Part shown: positions 58,328 through 64,000 of the stretch, piece after piece
Position numbering within the stretch: the first letter of the stretch is position 1
How the letters are laid out: every line of letters begins with the position of its first letter
NCBI GenBank assembly: GCA_965223295.1
Contig: CBDCWC010000003.1
Coordinates: forward strand, 1,408,001-1,472,000
Reading direction: 5' to 3'
Length of the DNA stretch: 64,000 bases
Source of the DNA: Nitrospirales bacterium
GTDB taxonomy: Bacteria > Nitrospirota > Nitrospiria > Nitrospirales > UBA8639
Position numbers and translations under genes: made by a program
Notes under the pieces: generated by a model
Seen by the model: only the letters and a program-made list of their open reading frames with translations
What the model was told of the DNA's origin: nothing
The model's database searches: none

Positions 58328-58509
58328 TCAACAAGTTTATATGATTTTTCCCATTATTCCTCGCAACAAAGTAGTTCCATTCTAGGCGTCAACCTAAATA
58401 AATCAACAAATCCAAAAGGAAAGGAGGGTGATTAATTTATTTTCCGTCTGGTTTCATGAATGAATTCATGGACTCTATCTGTCCTGTATTTACTTAGGAG
58501 GTGTAAGCA

Positions 58510-61500
58510 ATGTTTCTTTCTAGACGTCAATTTTTAAAGGTCTCCGCCGGCACAGTAGCGGCGGTGGCCTTAGCGGACAAGGCGCTGGCCTTGACGGCGC
58601 TGCAGCCGGTCATCGAAGTGGGCAATCCCCTGGGGGAGTATCCCGACCGGTCCTGGGAGCGGGTGTATCACGATCAATATCGCTATGACAGCTCGTTTAC
58701 GTGGTGTTGTTCCCCGAATGACACGCATGCCTGCCGAATCCGGGCGTTTGTGCGCAACGGGGTGGTCATGCGGGTGGAGCAAAACTACGACCATCAAACC
58801 TACGAAGATCTCTACGGCAACCGGGGGACGTTTGCGCATAATCCGCGGATGTGTCTGAAGGGGTACACGATGCATCGGCGGGTGTATGGGCCGTATCGGC
58901 TGAAAGGGCCGTTGATGCGGCGGGGCTGGAAGGCCTGGATGGATGCCGGCAGTCCGGAGTTTACGCCGGCGGTGATGACGAAATATAAGTTTAACGCGCG
59001 GTACTTGGATGACATGTTGCGGGTGAGCTGGGATACGGCGTTTACGTACCTGGCCAAAGCGATGATCATCATCGCCGAGCGGTATTCGGGGGAAGCGGGA
59101 GCCCGTCGGATGCGGGAGCAAGGCTATCCACCGGAAATGATTGAGATGAGCAAAGGGGCGGCCACGCGCTGCTTTAAGTTCCGGGCGGGGATGCCCATTT
59201 TGGGGGTGATTGGGAAAATGGGGATCACCCGGATGAATGGGGGCTGCGGGGCGTTGCTGGATACCTACATTCGCAAAGTCAAGCCGGACCAAGCGCAAGG
59301 GGGCCGGTATTGGTCGAATTATACGTGGCATGGGGATCAAAACCCCGCGCATCCGTTCTGGAACGGCGTGCAGACGTCGGATATTGACATGAATGACATG
59401 CGGTTCTCGAAGCTGAACACCAGCTGGGGGAAGAACTTCGTGGAAAACAAGATGCCGGAGGCGCATTGGAAGCTCGAGAGCATTGAGCGGGGGGCCCGGG
59501 TGGTGGTGATCACGCCGGAATATAACCCGACGGCCTATCGGGCAGACTACTGGATTCCAGTGCGGCCACAGACAGACGGGGCCTTGTTTTTAGGGGCCTG
59601 TAAAATCATCTTTGATGAAAACATGTATGACCATGATTTTTGTCAAGCGTACACGGACATGCCGTTGTTGGTGCGGACGGATACGTTGCAGTACTTGGAC
59701 CCCCGGGAAGTGATCAAAGACTATCAACTCCCGGACTTCAGTAAGAGTTATTCAGGGAAAATGCAAACGTTGGATCCTGCGAAGCTGGCCCGGTTGGGGG
59801 GCTTTATGGTGTGGGATCTGAACAAGAATCAGGCGGTGCCGATTCATCGGGAATTGGTGGGCTGGCATTATCGCAAGAGCGGCATTGACTCAGCGTTGAC
59901 GGGGACCTACCGGGTGAAGTTGTTGAACAACCGGGAGGTGGACGTGATGCCGGTGATGCAAATGTATCAGGTGCATCTGCAGGACTATGACTTGGATACG
60001 GTGCATCAAATCAATCGGGCGCCGAAGGACCTGATTGTGCGGTGGGCGCGGGATTCGGGGACGATCAAGCCGGCGGCCATTCACAACGGGGAAGGCACCA
60101 ACCACTATTTCCATCAAACCATTATCGCGCGTGGCGCGGCGATGGTGTTGATTGTGACGGGGAATGTGGGGAAATTCGGCACGGGGCAGCATACCTGGGC
60201 CGGTAACTATAAAGCGGGGATCTGGAACGCCACGCCATGGGGCGGCGGCGGGCTCGGGACGCATACGGGGGAGAACCCCTTTAAGATCACCACGGATCCA
60301 ACGGTGCATGGCAAAGAGATCCATGTCAAAGGCTACTATTATGGCGAAGAAGTGGCCTATTGGAACCATGGGGATACGGCGTTGATTGTCAATACGCCGA
60401 AGTATGGCCGGCGGGTGTTTACGGGGAAGACGCATATGCCCACCCCCAGTAAATTCCGGTGGGTGGCCAATGTGAATGTGTTGAACAACGCCAAACACCA
60501 TTATGACATGGTGAAGAACGTGGATCCGCACATTGAAACGTTGGTGACGCAAGATGTGGAAATGACCTCGGACGTCAATCATAATGACGTGGCGTTTGGG
60601 GTGAATACGTGGATGGAGTTCACCTATCCAGAGCATACGGCGACGGTGTCGAATCCCTGGTTCCAAGTGTGGAAGGGGGGCATCCGGCCCTTATATGACA
60701 CGCGGAACGATCTGGATACGGTAGCCGGGGTGGCGGCCAAGTTGACCGAAATGACGGGCGACGGGCGGTTCCGGGATTACTTCAAGTTTGTCTATGACAA
60801 CCGGGTGGATGTGTATGTGCAGCGGTTGTTGGATGCCAGCACCACGGGGTATGGCTACAGTGTGGACACGATGTTGAAGTCAGAGAAGGGCTGGATGGTG
60901 ATGTGCCGGACGTATCCGCGCCATCCGTTCTGGGAAGAAACCAACGAGTCGAAGCCGCAATGGACGCGGACGGGCCGGTATGAGAATTACCGGGTGGAGC
61001 CGGAAGCCATTGAGTACGGGGAAAACCTCATTTCGCATCGGGAAGGGACGGAAGCGACGCCGTACTTGCCCAATGCGATCATGTCGTCGAATCCGTATGT
61101 GCGGCCGGATGACTATGGGGTGCCGATCACGGCGCAACATCATGATGATAAGACCATTCGGAACATCAAGTTGCCGTGGCAGGAAATCAAGCGCTACTCC
61201 AATCCGTTATGGGAGAAGGGGTATCAGTTCTATTGTGTCACGCCGAAGACGCGGCATCGGGTGCATAGTCAATGGTCGGTGAATGACTGGGTGCAGATGT
61301 ATGAGTCGAACTTTGGGGATGCGTATCGGATGGATAAGCGGACGCCAGGGGTCGGGGAACATCAAATCCATATCAACCCGCAAGCGGCCAAAGATCGGGG
61401 CATCAACGACGGGGACTATGTCTACGTGGATGGGAACCCGGTGGATCGGCCGTATCGGGGGTGGAAGCCCAGTGACCCGTATTACAAGGTGGCGCGGTTG

Positions 61501-61947
61501 ATGATCCGGGCGAAGTACAACCCGGCCTTTCCGTACCATGTGACGATGGCCAAACATGCGCCCTATGTGGCCACGGCCAAATCCGTGAAAGGGCATGAAA
61601 CGCGGCCGGACGGGCGGGCGATTGCCATGGACACGGGGTATCAATCGAACTTCCGGTATGGGGCGCAACAGGCCTTTACGCGGGACTGGCTGATGCCAAT
61701 TCAGCAACTCGACTCGCTGCCAGGCAAACATGCGGTGGCGTGGAAATTTAAATTTGGGTACCAAGTGGACAACCATGCGGTCAATACGGTGCCGAAAGAA
61801 TGTCTCATCCGGATTACCAAGGCGGAAGACGGCGGCATTGGCGGCCGGGGTCCGTGGGAGCCGGTCCGGACCGGGTTTACGCCGGGGCAGGAAAATGAGT
61901 TCATGGTGAAATGGCTCAAAGGCGACCACATTAAGATTAAAGTGTAA
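58510..61947 (+). CDS. nxrA: Nitrite oxidoreductase alpha subunit (periplasmic, Nitrospira-type Mo-bisPGD enzyme)
   Basis: Tat signal SRRQFLK; CSPNDTHAC...RMC FS0 motif; WHGDQ Mo-ligand region; TPKTRHRVHSQW; TAGGAGG RBS. Confidence 0.97.
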   Translation: MFLSRRQFLKVSAGTVAAVALADKALALTALQPVIEVGNPLGEYPDRSWERVYHDQYRYDSSFTWCCSPNDTHACRIRAFVRNGVVMRVEQNYDHQTYEDLYGNRGTFAHNPRMCLKGYTMHRRVYGPYRLKGPLMRRGWKAWMDAGSPEFTPAVMTKYKFNARYLDDMLRVSWDTAFTYLAKAMIIIAERYSGEAGARRMREQGYPPEMIEMSKGAATRCFKFRAGMPILGVIGKMGITRMNGGCGALLDTYIRKVKPDQAQGGRYWSNYTWHGDQNPAHPFWNGVQTSDIDMNDMRFSKLNTSWGKNFVENKMPEAHWKLESIERGARVVVITPEYNPTAYRADYWIPVRPQTDGALFLGACKIIFDENMYDHDFCQAYTDMPLLVRTDTLQYLDPREVIKDYQLPDFSKSYSGKMQTLDPAKLARLGGFMVWDLNKNQAVPIHRELVGWHYRKSGIDSALTGTYRVKLLNNREVDVMPVMQMYQVHLQDYDLDTVHQINRAPKDLIVRWARDSGTIKPAAIHNGEGTNHYFHQTIIARGAAMVLIVTGNVGKFGTGQHTWAGNYKAGIWNATPWGGGGLGTHTGENPFKITTDPTVHGKEIHVKGYYYGEEVAYWNHGDTALIVNTPKYGRRVFTGKTHMPTPSKFRWVANVNVLNNAKHHYDMVKNVDPHIETLVTQDVEMTSDVNHNDVAFGVNTWMEFTYPEHTATVSNPWFQVWKGGIRPLYDTRNDLDTVAGVAAKLTEMTGDGRFRDYFKFVYDNRVDVYVQRLLDASTTGYGYSVDTMLKSEKGWMVMCRTYPRHPFWEETNESKPQWTRTGRYENYRVEPEAIEYGENLISHREGTEATPYLPNAIMSSNPYVRPDDYGVPITAQHHDDKTIRNIKLPWQEIKRYSNPLWEKGYQFYCVTPKTRHRVHSQWSVNDWVQMYESNFGDAYRMDKRTPGVGEHQIHINPQAAKDRGINDGDYVYVDGNPVDRPYRGWKPSDPYYKVARLMIRAKYNPAFPYHVTMAKHAPYVATAKSVKGHETRPDGRAIAMDTGYQSNFRYGAQQAFTRDWLMPIQQLDSLPGKHAVAWKFKFGYQVDNHAVNTVPKECLIRITKAEDGGIGGRGPWEPVRTGFTPGQENEFMVKWLKGDHIKIKV

Positions 61948-61993
61948 AAAACAGTTCATTTGGTAAACCAATATTTACAAAACGGAGGAAACC

Positions 61994-63283
61994 ATGCCAG
62001 AAGTCTATAATTGGCACTTAGGCCGGAAGATGCTGTATCCGTATGAGGAGCGGCATCCGAAATGGCAATTTGCATTTGTGTTCAACATCAATCGGTGTTT
62101 AGCGTGTCAAACCTGTTCGATGGCGGATAAGTCGACGTGGCTATTCAGCAAAGGGCAGGAATACATGTGGTGGAACAATGTGGAAACGAAGCCCTATGGG
62201 GGCTACCCACAGTTCTATGATGTGAAAATCACGCAGTTGATTGAGCAAGTCAATCCTGGCGGGCAGGTGTGGAATGTGCGGGTGGGCCGCAAGCACCATG
62301 CGCCGTATGGGGTGTTTGAAGGGATGACGATCTTTGACGCGGGGGCCAAAATCGGCCAAGCGGCCATTGGGTACATCCCGACGGACCAAGAATGGCGCTT
62401 CGTGAACATCTACGAAGACACGGCGACGTCGATGCGGGCCATTGTCGAAGGCGTGGATAAGACGGGGTTCACGAAAGAAGAACCCTGGAAAATGACCGGC
62501 AGCAGCTTGCCGGAGCATGAAACGTACTTCTTCTATCTGCAACGCATCTGTAACCACTGTACCTATCCGGGCTGTTTGGCGGCCTGTCCAAGAAAGGCCA
62601 TCTACAAGCGGCCGGAGGACGGGATTGTCTTAATTGACCAAAACCGGTGCCGGGGGTACAAAAAATGTGTGGAGCAATGTCCGTTCAAAAAGCCGATGTA
62701 TCGGGGGACCACCCGGGTCAGTGAGAAGTGTATTGCCTGCTATCCGCGGGTAGAGGGCAAAGATCCGCTGACGGGTGGGGAGCCGATGGAAACGCGGTGT
62801 ATGGCGGCGTGCGTGGGCAAGATCCGTCTGCAAGGGCTCGTCAAAGTGGGCGATGACGGGTTATGGGCGGAAGACCGCTGGAATCCATTGTATTATGCGA
62901 TTCGGGTGGAACAAGTGGCGTTGCCGTTGTACCCGCAATGGGGCACGGAGCCCAATGGGTATTACATTCCGCCGCGGCAAGCGCCGCGGGGCTACATCCG
63001 GCAGATGTTTGGGCCGGGGGTGGACAATGCCATTGAGAAGTATTTGGTGCCGAGCCGGGAATTGTTGGCGGTGCTGCAGTTATGGCGAGCGAGCCAACAG
63101 ATCATCTTCCGGTATGACGTCATTCCGGGGCCGAAAGTGTTTGAGACCCAAATTCACGGTCGGAAGTTTGAGATGTATAACGACACGGTATTGGGCTTCA
63201 ACAAGTCGGGCAAGGAAGCGGTGCGGCAGCAAGTGGAAGAGCCGATTTACATCCGTCCGGCCGAACGGGTGAACTGGCTGTAA
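61994..63283 (+). CDS. nxrB: Nitrite oxidoreductase beta subunit
   Basis: CLACQTCSMAD, CNHCTYPGCLAACP, CRGYKKCVEQCP, CIACYPR...CMAAC Fe-S motifs; no signal peptide. Confidence 0.97.
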   Translation: MPEVYNWHLGRKMLYPYEERHPKWQFAFVFNINRCLACQTCSMADKSTWLFSKGQEYMWWNNVETKPYGGYPQFYDVKITQLIEQVNPGGQVWNVRVGRKHHAPYGVFEGMTIFDAGAKIGQAAIGYIPTDQEWRFVNIYEDTATSMRAIVEGVDKTGFTKEEPWKMTGSSLPEHETYFFYLQRICNHCTYPGCLAACPRKAIYKRPEDGIVLIDQNRCRGYKKCVEQCPFKKPMYRGTTRVSEKCIACYPRVEGKDPLTGGEPMETRCMAACVGKIRLQGLVKVGDDGLWAEDRWNPLYYAIRVEQVALPLYPQWGTEPNGYYIPPRQAPRGYIRQMFGPGVDNAIEKYLVPSRELLAVLQLWRASQQIIFRYDVIPGPKVFETQIHGRKFEMYNDTVLGFNKSGKEAVRQQVEEPIYIRPAERVNWL

Positions 63284-63310
63284 GCGGAGCCGACGGGCAC
63301 CGTTGAGGAG

Positions 63311-63348
63311 AAAGCAGGGGGCGACACCCGTCGCCCCCTGCTTTTTTT
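63311..63348 (+). terminator. Rho-independent terminator of nxrAB
   Basis: AAAGCAGGGGGCGAC-ACCC-GTCGCCCCCTGC followed by T7. Confidence 0.92.
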
Positions 63349-63464
63349 GTACTAATTTCATGAAAGACCCTTTAACAAAACTTTGCTCTCATCAATTTCT
63401 GTCTTGAAAAAACTGCAATAATTGTTTTGAATTGTTTGGATTGCCTGATACAATCACTACTTGA

Positions 63465-63851
63465 TTGAATAAATTTGACTTCTGTATTTACTTACCTTCG
63501 TTACCTTTGTTTGATGTGAATCAATTACACGCTTTGGAAAAAGATAGTCCTTTTGCCGCTCAAGCTGTTTCTTTTGCTGACATTATAAAAAATGGGGAAA
63601 TTCCTACTCCATATCTAGAAAGCGACTACATCATGCATCAGTTCGTAGAACGACTGGTGCATTATGTGTTGAGTGTCCCGCAAGGGTCTTTCTCTATGCC
63701 TGAGTTAGGTAAAGTGTTAGAAATAATGGATCCTATCCATCAAGTGCTTTTTTTTAAACGGTTGAAGGAAAACAGTCCCAGTAGCTTAAAGCAGTTTGCT
63801 CCATTGTACTATGGATTCATGGCAGAATTTGACTCTCTTCTGTTTACCTGA
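63465..63851 (+). CDS. Hypothetical protein
   Basis: 128-aa ORF with protein-like helical composition; start uncertain. Confidence 0.55.
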   Translation: MNKFDFCIYLPSLPLFDVNQLHALEKDSPFAAQAVSFADIIKNGEIPTPYLESDYIMHQFVERLVHYVLSVPQGSFSMPELGKVLEIMDPIHQVLFFKRLKENSPSSLKQFAPLYYGFMAEFDSLLFT

Positions 63852-64000
63852 GATCGACAAAAAATCTCATAATGACTATTTTAAGAAAATTGAGGTAGAG
63901 TCCTAGCAGGTTTAGAGGTAAGGGTTTATAATTAACCTTGAACGGCCAAACAATTTTTGTGAGGAAGATAGAATGAATTCCACATTACATCGAGCAGTCG

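Noticed and set aside
58570-62833. Long antisense ORFs (298, 258, 254 aa and shorter) over nxrA/nxrB
   Set aside because: Shadow frames caused by the biased codon usage of nxrAB; His/Arg/Pro-rich with no motifs
58510-63283. Respiratory nitrate reductase narGH assignment
   Set aside because: The Tat signal, Asp-containing FS0 motif and absence of narJI fit periplasmic Nitrospira-type NXR
1-64000. Prophage, integrase, autonomous transposase or complete defence system
   Set aside because: No such protein motifs recognised in any ORF; only non-autonomous elements and a TA remnant are present

Overview
Bacterial chromosomal window, almost certainly from a nitrite-oxidising Nitrospirales genome. 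It ends in a Nitrospira-type periplasmic nitrite oxidoreductase pair (Tat-signal nxrA plus nxrB, then a strong terminator). A glycine-betaine synthesis and uptake islet suggests a saline or marine habitat (inference). Housekeeping genes include nagZ, pepA, queE, msrB, a phosphohexomutase, xth, polA, an AsmA-family gene, ybbAP-like/tesA, ugd, pntAB, rpsU, nth, tRNA-Leu(GAG) and tRNA-Gly(GCC). Structure beyond the ORF track: (1) a ~191-bp MITE family with three TIR-like ends and 5-bp target-site duplications, seven copies, with no transposase in the window; (2) a decayed RHH/ParE-type toxin-antitoxin operon split by one MITE copy that itself carries a 34-bp nested hairpin; (3) a co-oriented cluster of five HEAT-repeat genes, headed by an alkaline-phosphatase-fold protein that has lost its metal ligands and interrupted by a ~5-kb osmoprotection islet, which is the best candidate for an undescribed system; (4) a structured 207-bp unit bounded by a duplicated tRNA-Leu 3' end; (5) unusual proteins, including a TatA with a second amphipathic helix, a tandem desulforedoxin-like protein, a CHASE2-like sigma54 activator and an unannotated 53-aa membrane protein. 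All assignments come from reading motifs by eye; no database search was run.
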